IMG/VR virus record: IMGVR_UViG_2061766007_000275
Source: an uncultured virus (IMG/VR IMGVR_UViG_2061766007_000275)
Taxonomy: Duplodnaviria > Heunggongvirae > Uroviricota > Caudoviricetes
Reading direction: 5' to 3' (one strand)
DNA length: 33,741 nt
The notes beneath the pieces are model-generated. The model ran no database searches and was not told the origin of the DNA. It saw nothing but the letters and a program-made list of their open reading frames with translations. Every line of letters begins with the position of its first letter. Positions within the stretch are counted from its first letter, which is position 1. The translations under genes were made by a program, and so were the position numbers. This document shows positions 10,942 to 20,956 of this stretch, in pieces.

Positions 10942-12654
10942 GGGTGTGGAAATAGCAGTTGCTATTGATGAAGTAGGAATCATAGCTGATACTTTTAAAC
11001 TATGTATATAAAAAATAAGATCTCTAATACGCTTTCCAGCTGCTTCATCAGCTCCTCCTGGTCCAGCAGGAACCATTTTATTAGGTAAGGTTAATTCTTC
11101 TATTGGTTTATCGTTTAAAATAACTGATACTGATTCCATATGCTCTGTCAATGAAGCAACTAATCTTTTAATACTAACTATTTTAGGAGGATCTTTTGGT
11201 TTATTTGGTTGATTTAATAAAATATAATCAGCTATATTTTCTACTCCCTTACCAACATTTGCACCAGATGCCGCACTATATAAGATCATAAGTTTTAAGG
11301 CTGCAGCTGCACTTTGCCTAGCTGCATTGATAAAACCAACTAATGCCGCATCACTCTCATTTTTACTGTTTCTTATTATTTTTTCACCACCAGATTCATA
11401 TTTAGCAAATATATTTAATAAATTATTAACTTCATTCGCCGTAAATTCACCACCTAATAAAAAAGTGGTAAATAAAGAATCGGTTACTAAGTGCATATTC
11501 TGTGCTTGATAATTCTTAATTGAGATACCTATATTTTTAAAAGCTGTCTCTTGATTTTCTTCTACTTCTACATTTAATCTAGCATCAGCTTTTCTTTGAC
11601 TTGAATAATTATATTCAAAAGTAGCTTTAATTACTTTATCTTTATATTCTTTATCATATTGTTTATTTATCTTTAAAGTATTTTTTCCTTTTTTATACTG
11701 GTTTTTCATTAACTGTGCAGCAGCTGGAAATATCTCCCATTTACCAGTACTACCTTTGGTTTGAGCTTCACCTAATGATTCACAAGCTAGGGTTACTCCT
11801 AAACTTTTTCCCTGATTAATAAAGCTAGCATATAATTCTTCCATAAAAGAACCTTTAATAACACTTAAATTAGGGACTTTCATTAAATTCATAGCTTCAA
11901 TTATACCATCTGCTGCATATTTTAAATAGAAATTTGTACGAATATATTTTTTATTAGTTGTTACACCATTTTTATTTATACTATGTTGAATTTCATACAT
12001 ATCATCCATAGATTGAATATTTTTAAAAGCTTGCTTTAGATACTTTTCTACTTCCTTATATTTTTTATTCATATCTTTAGCATCTTTTTTTGATAATTTT
12101 TGTTGTCTAAATTTATCAAAATATTGTTGACAAGCATTAAGACTTTCTGTTAATAATTGCTTTAAATCTAAATAAGAATCTTCTGTGTTTTCATCCACAT
12201 ATACTCTTTGATCATTCTGAGCTAATTTAGCAAGAAAATTTTGTGTATTAGTATCAAGAATATTACTATTTTCTCCTTGTAATAAAGATGATACTTTACC
12301 AGTAGCAAAATTAAAGTGTATTAGCTGAGTAGCAATACTATATTGTTCTTTTAATACCTTTTGCAATATTTGTTGTTTTAAAGCTAAGATATCTTTGCTA
12401 GTTCCTTTTTCTAACTGTTCCATATATTCTTTTAATTGGTTAGTGCTTTCTTGGAGTGTTCCCTCTAATTCATCAACTTGTGAAACGGAACGAAATCTTT
12501 TTGTTATAAGTTCTCTGCGTGCTCTCCAATAGTTAGTTTGAATAAATAAAGTGTTATTTTCAATTTCACTGCGACCACTTATTCTCGCAGTTCCATATTT
12601 ATTATAGTTAAATTTTCTTAGGTGTATATAATCACCTAATGCACTCATGCGCAC
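10930..12654 (-). CDS. Hypothetical protein (574 aa), possible PD-(D/E)xK-like fold in the C-terminal half
   Basis: Long ORF with RBS GGAGGAGG (start GTG 12654 or ATG 12648). Weak motif pattern KGSFMEE...RKAD...GISIKNY. Confidence 0.6.
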   Translation of the reverse strand: MRMSALGDYIHLRKFNYNKYGTARISGRSEIENNTLFIQTNYWRARRELITKRFRSVSQVDELEGTLQESTNQLKEYMEQLEKGTSKDILALKQQILQKVLKEQYSIATQLIHFNFATGKVSSLLQGENSNILDTNTQNFLAKLAQNDQRVYVDENTEDSYLDLKQLLTESLNACQQYFDKFRQQKLSKKDAKDMNKKYKEVEKYLKQAFKNIQSMDDMYEIQHSINKNGVTTNKKYIRTNFYLKYAADGIIEAMNLMKVPNLSVIKGSFMEELYASFINQGKSLGVTLACESLGEAQTKGSTGKWEIFPAAAQLMKNQYKKGKNTLKINKQYDKEYKDKVIKATFEYNYSSQRKADARLNVEVEENQETAFKNIGISIKNYQAQNMHLVTDSLFTTFLLGGEFTANEVNNLLNIFAKYESGGEKIIRNSKNESDAALVGFINAARQSAAAALKLMILYSAASGANVGKGVENIADYILLNQPNKPKDPPKIVSIKRLVASLTEHMESVSVILNDKPIEELTLPNKMVPAGPGGADEAAGKRIRDLIFYIHSLKVSAMIPTSSIATAISTPLTT

Positions 12655-12669
12655 GGCACCTCCTCCCGC

Positions 12670-12701
12670 AAAAATAAAAAAGGGGAGCTTCCGCTCCCCT
12701 T
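12670..12701 (-). terminator. Intrinsic terminator after the tail tube gene
   Basis: AAGGGGAGC-GGAA-GCTCCCCTT followed by TTTTATTTTT. Confidence 0.85.
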
Positions 12702-12715
12702 AAATAATTACTTTA

Positions 12716-13705
12716 TCAGCCGGTAGGTTGAACACTATCATCGAAGAAGTCACTTGGTCCTGAAGCAGAATCAATAACTTCATCTACATTGTGATCAAAT
12801 ACACCCTTCATACCAGCGCCTGCATTTTCAATATCATCCATAATCTGCATAGCTAGAAGAACTTTTCTTGTCTTATTAAACCAAGTATATCCAGGGAATG
12901 CGTCCATTGTGAATGTGAATGTTGAAGGATCACCAGTAGCAGCATTGTTAAATGTAAAGTTAGACTGAATTTTAACATTAGGGAATGTCATTTCAGCAGC
13001 ATGGTCAGCACCATCAGTATCTCTCCAAAGAGTCTGAGCCTCAACATAGAAGTATCCACCAAAGTGATTACCATCAATCTGAATTTCATTAACTTTCTTT
13101 GAGTATCTCTCTACATAGAAATCTACGAATGTAGGACTTCCACCAAATGTAGATGCTGCATCAGCCTTAACTAAGTACTGGTTAGCTTTAAGATTAAGAG
13201 TTGCACTAGCTGTTGTACCAACTGCAAAACCTTCAATCAAAGTACCAGTTAAAGAACCATCGTTTTCTGTATATGCTACAAAGATAGGAGCTGTAGGACA
13301 GATGATATCACCTGATAGACAAGCGTCCTGAAGGTCAATATAACCTTTCTGAGTAGCATCATAGTTTGTATATGCCTGAGCTGTTAAGTGAACATGTACT
13401 AACTGTGTACTATCACTAGCACCCTTAAGAACACCAGCACCAGAAAGCATAGCAAAACTAATTGGGCTAAGTAGAGCGTCTTCTACGTTGAATGTAAGTG
13501 TACGCTCACCTTCCCAAGCAATTAAACGAGTATTACCACGACCACCAGTAGCATATACAGTTGTAGCAGCACCTTCTGTTGTTGAAGTTTTAGCTGTATC
13601 TATATAAAGAACTGGCTGGCCCTTTACAAATGAAGCAGTACCAATAGTCATGTCATTCTTGGCTTTGAATACTACATTACATATGTCACGAATACCATAC
13701 TTCAT
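12716..13705 (-). CDS. Major tail (tube) protein (329 aa)
   Basis: Beta-rich, Thr/Gly-rich protein (TVYATGGRGN..LIAWEGER.LTF.EDAL; FPNVKIQSNFTF...GDPSTFTFTMD). High-expression codon style like the MCP, strong RBS, followed by a terminator. Confidence 0.8.
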   Translation of the reverse strand: MKYGIRDICNVVFKAKNDMTIGTASFVKGQPVLYIDTAKTSTTEGAATTVYATGGRGNTRLIAWEGERTLTFNVEDALLSPISFAMLSGAGVLKGASDSTQLVHVHLTAQAYTNYDATQKGYIDLQDACLSGDIICPTAPIFVAYTENDGSLTGTLIEGFAVGTTASATLNLKANQYLVKADAASTFGGSPTFVDFYVERYSKKVNEIQIDGNHFGGYFYVEAQTLWRDTDGADHAAEMTFPNVKIQSNFTFNNAATGDPSTFTFTMDAFPGYTWFNKTRKVLLAMQIMDDIENAGAGMKGVFDHNVDEVIDSASGPSDFFDDSVQPTG

Positions 13706-13735
13706 GCTTATTTTCCTCCTATAACCTTATTTAAA

Positions 13736-14482
13736 TTATTTAATATCCGGATGCAGATCTTTTTTCCAATCTTCCGGATCTTCTAATCCAGTTGCTCCCG
13801 CCATCCTAGCTTGTAAGTTAGTATCATTAACAACTTTAAGCTGATAGCGCATAAATTGATCATAGATTTGAAAGACTGTGTAATTACATATTACACGAAG
13901 ATCAATATTTAAACCAATAGCTAGAATTGACGCATATCGACTAAGTATTGAAATTTTATTATGTTTTTTACTACGAGCCGCCTGTGCTCGGCCCTTAGCA
14001 ATTTTTTCCGCAATTTGTTCTGCAACTTTACTAGTTGGATTATACTCCTTCGATTCATCGGTCATACTCTTCAAACAACATATATCGACAAGTATTTGTT
14101 GAAATATAGGGAAAGTGTCTTTGCGTATATAGTATGTTTCAGAGTTTTGTGTAAAGACAAGAGCATCTTTACTAATCGTCATTTCATAGCTAGGAAATAA
14201 AATGGATAACACATTAATTGCACTTTCTCGAAGAGAATGTGTTTCTTTTTCTGTATCATTCATTAATTTCATAAATACATCAAAATTATCAACAGTTTCT
14301 AAAAAAGATTTGTCCACATCTTTTAAAGTTTTAGTTGATATGTTTAATACTTCACAACCCCAGCGAAATTCAGTCTCCCCGCCAATTAAACCCAACTCTT
14401 TAAGGGTGGGCTGGTGAACTATTAAACGAGCTTCTTTAAATGGGACATCTACTCCAGAAGTCAATAAATCCTCATTGACCAT
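13736..14482 (-). CDS. Conserved phage tail-region protein (about 248 aa)
   Basis: ORF overlapping the upstream gene; lies between the putative tail terminator and the tail tube. Confidence 0.6.
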   Translation of the reverse strand: MVNEDLLTSGVDVPFKEARLIVHQPTLKELGLIGGETEFRWGCEVLNISTKTLKDVDKSFLETVDNFDVFMKLMNDTEKETHSLRESAINVLSILFPSYEMTISKDALVFTQNSETYYIRKDTFPIFQQILVDICCLKSMTDESKEYNPTSKVAEQIAEKIAKGRAQAARSKKHNKISILSRYASILAIGLNIDLRVICNYTVFQIYDQFMRYQLKVVNDTNLQARMAGATGLEDPEDWKKDLHPDIK

Positions 14483-15077
14483 TTTCAATCATTTCCTCGG
14501 GCGTTAAAGGATTTTTATCATCCCCATCATGAACCGCTATATAAGTTAAAGTATAACCAGACAATTCTTGATTAAGGATTAGTTCTTGCGCACCCATGAA
14601 ATGTAATGTACCAATACCAGATAATTTTGCATTATTCAAAATACCATCTATATATCCCATAATTTTAAAAGGTCTCAATCTACAATTTCCGATGTCCCAA
14701 TAGTCTGTGTGACAAATAACGTCAAAAGAAATTGTATTATCTCTAAATTGTGGATTAGTTCCATTTGGTACATAATTATCAAAACTAATTACTATATGTG
14801 ATTTTACTTGCGGGAACTCCTCAAAGGCTAATTTAGGCTCGAGTTTAATATATCCATCCTCCCGCAGTTTACGTAAATTCACATTAGATACTATTTTTAA
14901 GTATTCTGGATTATTATATAAATCATCTAAACAATCTTTATTATTAATCATTAATAAACTTAATAATTCTTTCTTTTTAGGATTTTCTTCAAACAATTTA
15001 TATAATATTGTAATTATATCTTTTTCAACAGATAAGAATGTTGAAGTAACTTCTTTTGGTCTTAAATCTTTATGCAT
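14472..15077 (-). CDS. Putative tail terminator/completion protein (201 aa)
   Basis: RBS AAGGAG; position in the neck module; pattern ISFDVICH...RPFKIMGYIDGILN. Confidence 0.55.
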   Translation of the reverse strand: MHKDLRPKEVTSTFLSVEKDIITILYKLFEENPKKKELLSLLMINNKDCLDDLYNNPEYLKIVSNVNLRKLREDGYIKLEPKLAFEEFPQVKSHIVISFDNYVPNGTNPQFRDNTISFDVICHTDYWDIGNCRLRPFKIMGYIDGILNNAKLSGIGTLHFMGAQELILNQELSGYTLTYIAVHDGDDKNPLTPEEMIENGQ

Positions 15078-15094
15078 ATTACTCTCCTTTTATC

Positions 15095-16069
15095 TCAAAT
15101 ACTTCTTACTGTTAAAATAGTTTCTATTGTTTGTTCTTCACCTGATAATAAATAAGTATATTTTAAATGTATTGTACCCATTTTACTAGCTATAATACCA
15201 ATAGCAACTTTAGTAGCTGTTGAAGAAACTTCCAGAATTTTTGCTAAATTAGTTTCAACAATAGTCCAAGTTCCATTTGTTGCAGTATTTATAGCTTCAT
15301 ATACATACTTACCAAAACAATCAACCTCTAACGGACCTTCAATATAAGGCTCATTATATGCGGGAATTGGTACAGGATCAGGTTTCCTCTGAACGGAAGC
15401 GACCGCATTTGAGAAATCTTCCTTGATTGCAATTTCTATAATCCCCTCTAAGAACATATTGCGCGCTTGTACTTCCCATTGATGTCCTTCAATAATTACT
15501 TTATTAAAACGCTGTAAATGTTCTAATACTTCTCTTGTTTTAGGCAATAGTAAAACAGCATCATAATTAATGTTATTCCAAAAAGCATTTACATATTGTC
15601 GCCAATCTTCATTGCGGACGCTCGGTCCTATAATATGACCTCTCTGGGTATAATCTCCGAACTCTACGTCTATATTACACTTATAGCAGCCCGCGCGAAA
15701 ATAAGCTAATTCATCCACTCTTTGTACATATACAAGCCAATCTGTACCTGTTTCTTTCCAAGTAAAAATATCTCCGCATTTCATTGGTATATCAACCATA
15801 CCATCGGTCATTGTACCTACTCTTGGTTCATTTAAACATACATCTCTAAATGGGATGGATATTTCTTTATAATCAACATCCGCATTTAGTTTACTTGGGT
15901 TTATTAAACAATAAAACTCTCTGCCATCAGATAAAATAGCAGTTGCTCTGTGATAAGACCTTCCTTGTAAAGCTGTTCTTAAACTCCAAAGTTTATCTCT
16001 TATCATTCTATCTTGTTGTCCCGATCCTCCATGATAATTTAATCTAATTCCTAAATCATCATTAATCAT
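15095..16069 (-). CDS. Putative head closure/neck protein with a C-terminal Ig-like domain (324 aa)
   Basis: Neck-module synteny; beta-rich; Pro-rich linker (KPDPVPIP) before a C-terminal beta domain. Confidence 0.5.
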   Translation of the reverse strand: MINDDLGIRLNYHGGSGQQDRMIRDKLWSLRTALQGRSYHRATAILSDGREFYCLINPSKLNADVDYKEISIPFRDVCLNEPRVGTMTDGMVDIPMKCGDIFTWKETGTDWLVYVQRVDELAYFRAGCYKCNIDVEFGDYTQRGHIIGPSVRNEDWRQYVNAFWNNINYDAVLLLPKTREVLEHLQRFNKVIIEGHQWEVQARNMFLEGIIEIAIKEDFSNAVASVQRKPDPVPIPAYNEPYIEGPLEVDCFGKYVYEAINTATNGTWTIVETNLAKILEVSSTATKVAIGIIASKMGTIHLKYTYLLSGEEQTIETILTVRSI

Positions 16070-16376
16070 TTAAGCTATCTCTTAAATTACTCATTAAGCC
16101 AAGTATTTCAAATATTGTTCTTCTAAATAATTGAAATTGATCTTCTTGGCATAAGAATAATCCTTCTAACTTACAAATTGTCGGAAAAAAGATGTTATGT
16201 TGATCGGTAAACAATCTATCCATTCCTGCCAATTCCTCAATAACAGTTTCTAAAGGTTTTTTCCAATCAATATTTTCTTCCCATGTAGGAAGTAATTTGT
16301 ATATTTGATTAATTAACTTTCTTATTTCATTTTGAATAACTTTTTTATCAATCTCTAGGTCGTATTTTAATTTCAT
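16062..16376 (-). CDS. Hypothetical neck-module protein (104 aa)
   Basis: RBS AGGAGG; overlaps both neighbours. Confidence 0.65.
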   Translation of the reverse strand: MKLKYDLEIDKKVIQNEIRKLINQIYKLLPTWEENIDWKKPLETVIEELAGMDRLFTDQHNIFFPTICKLEGLFLCQEDQFQLFRRTIFEILGLMSNLRDSLND

Positions 16377-16881
16377 TGAAACCTCCTGTCGAAGATTCCA
16401 TTATCATTCCCATTGTAGACTGTATTACTCCTTCATCATCTTTCTTTCTACGAGAATATAATCTCTGTAAATGGAAACCTTGATCTTCATAATCTTTTTT
16501 TAATTTTCCAAGCTTTTGCATATGAGATGCTTGAGAAGTTAACTTAAAATCAGCACCAGTATACTTCTGTCTTGTAACATCTATATCTGCTAATTGCTGA
16601 CCTAGCCAAGCCACAACCATATAAGTTCCTATAATACCAATCTCTTCTCTTGTTAAATCACCTTCAATAACAGTTTCATAAGTAGGTGGATCTTCAGGAT
16701 CTACAGGCGGAATTTCAACTTCTATAATCTCAAGTGGCTGTCTTGGAAATTCAAACCATGGAATAGCTTGATTTAACAACTTTAACAACATTCCTTGTGT
16801 CTGTTCGGGAGTTAATTCCATATACATATCATCAGTTATTCTACTGAAAAAATCATCATATATTACATTTAACTGTGTCAT
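16348..16881 (-). CDS. Putative head-tail adaptor (177 aa)
   Basis: RBS GGAGG; helical protein two genes after the MCP. Confidence 0.55.
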   Translation of the reverse strand: MTQLNVIYDDFFSRITDDMYMELTPEQTQGMLLKLLNQAIPWFEFPRQPLEIIEVEIPPVDPEDPPTYETVIEGDLTREEIGIIGTYMVVAWLGQQLADIDVTRQKYTGADFKLTSQASHMQKLGKLKKDYEDQGFHLQRLYSRRKKDDEGVIQSTMGMIMESSTGGFNEIKIRPRD

Positions 16882-16897
16882 CTTTACCTCCCTTTAT

Positions 16898-17446
16898 TTA
16901 TTTTACAACTCTCCTTCCAGGTGTGCTAACCTTCTTCTCAGGTGTCACAGCAACCCTACGTTGACGAGTATCTTTTTCTTCTTCATCATCTTTATTAACT
17001 TCACGCTCAAATTCAATAGCCTTAGTAACATCAAAACCTGTTTTCTGCTTTAAAGCTTCTCTCTTTTTTACGTCATTAACTTCATACTTTAAACTAATGC
17101 TTTTCATTAATTCAATTACACTATTTGGTGCAAAATCTAAAGCATCAAGAAATTCATTTAAAGATCTATTTAATACTAAATCTTTTATTTCTTCTTCTGA
17201 ATAATAATATTCAGGTTCAACATGATGTAAAATTTCTTCTACCAAATCTTCATTCCAAATAATAAAATTATTCCTTAAAGCATCAATACCTGCGGGAAGG
17301 TATGATAATTTTCTAATCTCTTCCGCAGTTACTTTTTTAGTTTCATTAGGTTCAAAAGTTCTTGATATTCTCAAGTCTTCTATTGTGTAACCGATAGATC
17401 CATTATCTCTATTAGTTAATTTAATTATTTCATCATCTTTTACCAT
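16898..17446 (-). CDS. Hypothetical protein after the MCP (182 aa; start revised to ATG 17446)
   Basis: AAGGAG precedes ATG 17446 (MVKDDE...). The track's upstream extension runs through the terminator. Confidence 0.7.
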   Translation of the reverse strand: MVKDDEIIKLTNRDNGSIGYTIEDLRISRTFEPNETKKVTAEEIRKLSYLPAGIDALRNNFIIWNEDLVEEILHHVEPEYYYSEEEIKDLVLNRSLNEFLDALDFAPNSVIELMKSISLKYEVNDVKKREALKQKTGFDVTKAIEFEREVNKDDEEEKDTRQRRVAVTPEKKVSTPGRRVVK

Positions 17447-17472
17447 TGTATTTATCTCCTTTTTTCTCTTAT

Positions 17473-17506
17473 AAAAAAATAGGGGCAATATTTTTCATAT
17501 TGCCCC
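17473..17506 (-). terminator. Intrinsic terminator after the major capsid gene
   Basis: GGGGCAATAT-loop-ATATTGCCCC then TATTTTTTT. Confidence 0.85.
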
Positions 17507-17516
17507 AAAAGTTAAA

Positions 17517-18569
17517 TTACGAAATTGAGTGATTCTTTGAAAGTGTGTTGTCAATGTATACACAGATGTTATTCTGTACCATTGCAGCTGCACCGAACTT
17601 CTCATAAATCTGAATTTCCTTAGAAGCATCTCTATTCTCGTGTTCACGTACTATAGCCTGTCCTTCAAATGCAAGTTTAACTGGCTTATCAGCGCCACCA
17701 GGGATAATCCATACATATTTAGGATCAACAACCTTAAGAGCGTTTGTTTCATCTTCAAATGACTGGTCAAGAAGAATTACTGAGTGGCCCTTGTAACTTC
17801 CAAGATAACCCTGTGTCCACATAGCGTTCTTCATTTCATTTGAAACCCAACCAGTTGCAGGTAACATCTTAGCTGCAAACTCAAAAGTACAATAAATAGG
17901 TGCCTTTCCACCACCGTAAGCATCTGCTGTTGCAAGAAGCTTATCGAACTTTGTCTCTTCAAAACCAGTAAGTGAAGTATACTTATTTCTATCGCCTAAC
18001 TGGCTGATAGAAGCGATAAGAGCCTTCTCGATTTCAAGATAAACCTGGTCATTAAGACCTTCCATAACGATATCAAGTAATTCCTGAAGATTCATTCTGC
18101 CATCAAGCATTTCTTCAAGTGTTACCTGTGCTGCAGTACCAAATGCGCAGGTAGGAACTTCTAATTTACGTCCATCAAGTTTGAATACTTCATAAATACC
18201 ATCAAGACCAACTCTTGTAACGAACTGCTTAGCTCTACGCTTTGAAGCTAATGTAGTCTTCTGAACAAAGATAGGCTTGTCACCCTGAGCAAATGTTTTA
18301 ACTTCTGCAAACTGACCAAACTGTTCAAGTACTTTCTTAGGAAGAACATCAGTAATAACTTCTGCCATTAACTGGAAGTACTTATTCTTATTTTCTTCAT
18401 ATTTATAATAATCTGAGCAATCTCCAACTAATTCATAAACGCCAGCCTTGAAAGCATCATTAAGAGCTTCATAAGAGAACTTTTCGTCTCCAAAACTGTA
18501 AGCGATAGGAGCAGATGGATTTGCCTTAATTAAAGCTTTTCCTAATTGGATAAGATTCTTAAATTCCAT
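17517..18569 (-). CDS. Major capsid protein (350 aa)
   Basis: Size, strong RBS, high-expression codons, position after protease and decoration genes, and a downstream terminator. Confidence 0.8.
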   Translation of the reverse strand: MEFKNLIQLGKALIKANPSAPIAYSFGDEKFSYEALNDAFKAGVYELVGDCSDYYKYEENKNKYFQLMAEVITDVLPKKVLEQFGQFAEVKTFAQGDKPIFVQKTTLASKRRAKQFVTRVGLDGIYEVFKLDGRKLEVPTCAFGTAAQVTLEEMLDGRMNLQELLDIVMEGLNDQVYLEIEKALIASISQLGDRNKYTSLTGFEETKFDKLLATADAYGGGKAPIYCTFEFAAKMLPATGWVSNEMKNAMWTQGYLGSYKGHSVILLDQSFEDETNALKVVDPKYVWIIPGGADKPVKLAFEGQAIVREHENRDASKEIQIYEKFGAAAMVQNNICVYIDNTLSKNHSIS

Positions 18570-18584
18570 TCTATTTCCCTCCTA

Positions 18585-19136
18585 TTACTGAATTCTCTGG
18601 ATTTTAATACCAGGTGTGCCATCAGGCATTGTGTAAATCTTAACTGCCTTCCAAACCATTCCAGAAACAGGCTTTGAACCCTGCTTTGCAAGGAAACCGT
18701 TTGCATTAACAGCAAAGTAAATTCCATCAGTTACATCTGCATCATCAGCAACACCCATATCAACTTCTGCGGTACCTGAAGTTGCGGCTGAAGCGAAGCA
18801 GTTAGTTGTTATAATATCGCCAACTTTTGTTGCGTAAAGTCTAGGATAAATCTTGCCATCAGTAAACTGAGTAGTCTTTAAGCAGAAATCCTTGTAAGAC
18901 TCTCTCCAAAAGTCATCATATAACTTAACTTCATTGAATACGAGCATGTATTCACCATCAGTTGCTGCAGCTGTATTTACATTACCATTAGCATAATCAT
19001 ATTTTGCAAACTGACCATTCTCGATCTGGGTAATTGTGTTTGCTGCAGGAAGCTGAGCATAAATTTCTTTTGTAGCTTGTCCAGATAGATGATTAGGCTC
19101 TACCTGACCATAACCAACTCTTTTTAAATTAGCCAT
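18585..19136 (-). CDS. Putative capsid decoration/cement protein (183 aa)
   Basis: Lies between scaffold and MCP; GYGQVEPNHLS..., ENG.F and TMPDG..GIK motifs; strong RBS. Confidence 0.65.
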   Translation of the reverse strand: MANLKRVGYGQVEPNHLSGQATKEIYAQLPAANTITQIENGQFAKYDYANGNVNTAAATDGEYMLVFNEVKLYDDFWRESYKDFCLKTTQFTDGKIYPRLYATKVGDIITTNCFASAATSGTAEVDMGVADDADVTDGIYFAVNANGFLAKQGSKPVSGMVWKAVKIYTMPDGTPGIKIQRIQ

Positions 19137-19154
19137 CGCTTTTCTTTCCTCCTA

Positions 19155-20864
19155 TTAATTATTCGATCTTTCTTGGTATGCTTTTACATCTTTAACCCAT
19201 GCGGGAAGGTCTGAAGATATATTGCATCCTTCCAAATTAAAGGTTGTAGTCACAGGCTCTACAGCCTTTACGTCTTGTTTCTTTTCTAATGTTACATTAT
19301 TATCAAAATAAAGTACTTTTAAATGATTTTCTAAATCAATTAAACTATACTTTGTTTTGTTATCTGAAACTTCCTTAATAACTTCTTCAGGAAGCATAGA
19401 AAACTTAGCTATAATAGCATCCTTTTCTGCATTTTCAATCTTTAATTTATATTCTCTCAAACTTTCAACTTCTGCGAGAAGAGCATTATATTTTTCTTCT
19501 AATGCGGTAAATGACTCTTTAGGAACTACGTTACCAGAGCCTGCAGCATCAGAACCTTGCTGGTCATTAGCAATAGCATCAATAGTTTCTTGCTGAGCTG
19601 CTACTGCGGAAGCAACCTCTTCGGCGCCTTCTAACGCAGTTTCTGCAGTCTCTAATGCAGCCTCTGCTTCTGCGATAGCTTCTGCATCACCAGATTCTGT
19701 AGCTGCCTCTAAAGCTGCTTCAGCCTCAGTTACTGCTGTTTCTGCACTTACAACACTTGCATTAGCTGTATCAACAATTTCTTGACCTTCAATCTGAGCT
19801 ACATCTCCTTCGATTGTTCCAGCTGCAGCTTGTCCAGCAATCGCCGTAATATCCGCCACAGGATCATCACTATTGGCATCACCGGCACTACCATTACCAT
19901 TGCCACTACCAGCGCCTTGATTATCGGAACCACCGTTCCCGCCATTTCCAGAACCTGCTCCAGAACCATTGCCATCTCCTCCAGTACCAGAACCATTACC
20001 GTCACTAGCACCACTATTGCCACTTCCTTCACCAGCACCGGCGCCAGCGCCATTTCCATCACCACCAGAAGTACCAGTGCCTTCGCCGCTATCTTCAAAT
20101 TTCTGATTGAATTCTGTTGTAGGATTTTCTACTATAGACTTATCAATATCTTCTTTTGTCATTGATAGTCCTCCTTTTTTAGCAAATTCTACTTGTTTAA
20201 TCATTTCTCTTAATTCGCTGATAAAACTCTTTGAATCTTTAGTAAATGATTTAGAAATATTAGGAGCTGTTACAGAACTTCCTTCAAAACAAGGTTCTAC
20301 ATCAAGTCCTAATATGCACAGTTTAGTAATGTTTGCATCATTTATAATAAAAAATTCAATACCTTTTTCATCACTAGCCCAATGTCCATCAAGAGTATCA
20401 TCATCTAATTCCATTGAATGAGGTCTTCCTTCTCCTTCTAATGGAAGATTAGCTTCTTCAAATTGTCCTTTCCAAAGATAACAAGTTGTCATTAAATACT
20501 CTCTTTCAATCTGATTACCAAATTCGTCAGCATCCATGAATTTTTGGAACCAAACTTTTGCATCAAGAGGAACAAAACCATAAGGCTTAGTCATACATTC
20601 AAATTTGAAATCATCACAATCCCAAACTACTTTCTCACCATGATCTCTAAAATCTCCAACGTCTTCTTTATAATATCCAACAATCGGAGCCCCACGGAGC
20701 GTCTTACCCATACGCTCCGCAGTGTCCTTAGATATAAAAGAACCATTTCTATTCTTACCAGTATATAATACCTTTACTTCGCCCTTTGCGATAAAAGGTG
20801 AAATATCACTTGTTTGGAGATTTATAAATTCAGGTGCATCTATTGTTGCAACTGATTTATTCAT
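19155..20864 (-). CDS. Prohead protease/scaffold fusion (569 aa)
   Basis: N-terminal protease-like domain (GKNRNGS...PIVG..DFRDH...HSMEL...LCILG..VEPCFEGS), Gly-rich and Ala/Glu-rich linker, C-terminal coiled coil; lies between portal and capsid genes. Confidence 0.75.
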   Translation of the reverse strand: MNKSVATIDAPEFINLQTSDISPFIAKGEVKVLYTGKNRNGSFISKDTAERMGKTLRGAPIVGYYKEDVGDFRDHGEKVVWDCDDFKFECMTKPYGFVPLDAKVWFQKFMDADEFGNQIEREYLMTTCYLWKGQFEEANLPLEGEGRPHSMELDDDTLDGHWASDEKGIEFFIINDANITKLCILGLDVEPCFEGSSVTAPNISKSFTKDSKSFISELREMIKQVEFAKKGGLSMTKEDIDKSIVENPTTEFNQKFEDSGEGTGTSGGDGNGAGAGAGEGSGNSGASDGNGSGTGGDGNGSGAGSGNGGNGGSDNQGAGSGNGNGSAGDANSDDPVADITAIAGQAAAGTIEGDVAQIEGQEIVDTANASVVSAETAVTEAEAALEAATESGDAEAIAEAEAALETAETALEGAEEVASAVAAQQETIDAIANDQQGSDAAGSGNVVPKESFTALEEKYNALLAEVESLREYKLKIENAEKDAIIAKFSMLPEEVIKEVSDNKTKYSLIDLENHLKVLYFDNNVTLEKKQDVKAVEPVTTTFNLEGCNISSDLPAWVKDVKAYQERSNN

Positions 20865-20891
20865 ATTTGGTCTCCTTATCTTAATTAATTT

Positions 20892-20937
20892 CTATTATTA
20901 TTCAATTTTATCTTAAATACTTTTAAATATTTTGTCC
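20892..20937 (-). promoter_or_regulatory. GGACAA...ATAG putative late promoter (upstream of the head operon)
   Basis: GGACAAAATATTTAAAAGTATTTAAGATAAAATTGAATAATAATAG. Confidence 0.55.
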
Positions 20938-20956
20938 GAATTTTTTAGAAAAAATT

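Noticed and set aside
10331..20940. TTTGTCCGAA (two copies) as Spo0A boxes
   Set aside because: There is an extra C relative to TGNCGAA and the other two motif copies lack CGAA. Treated as part of the GGACAA motif.
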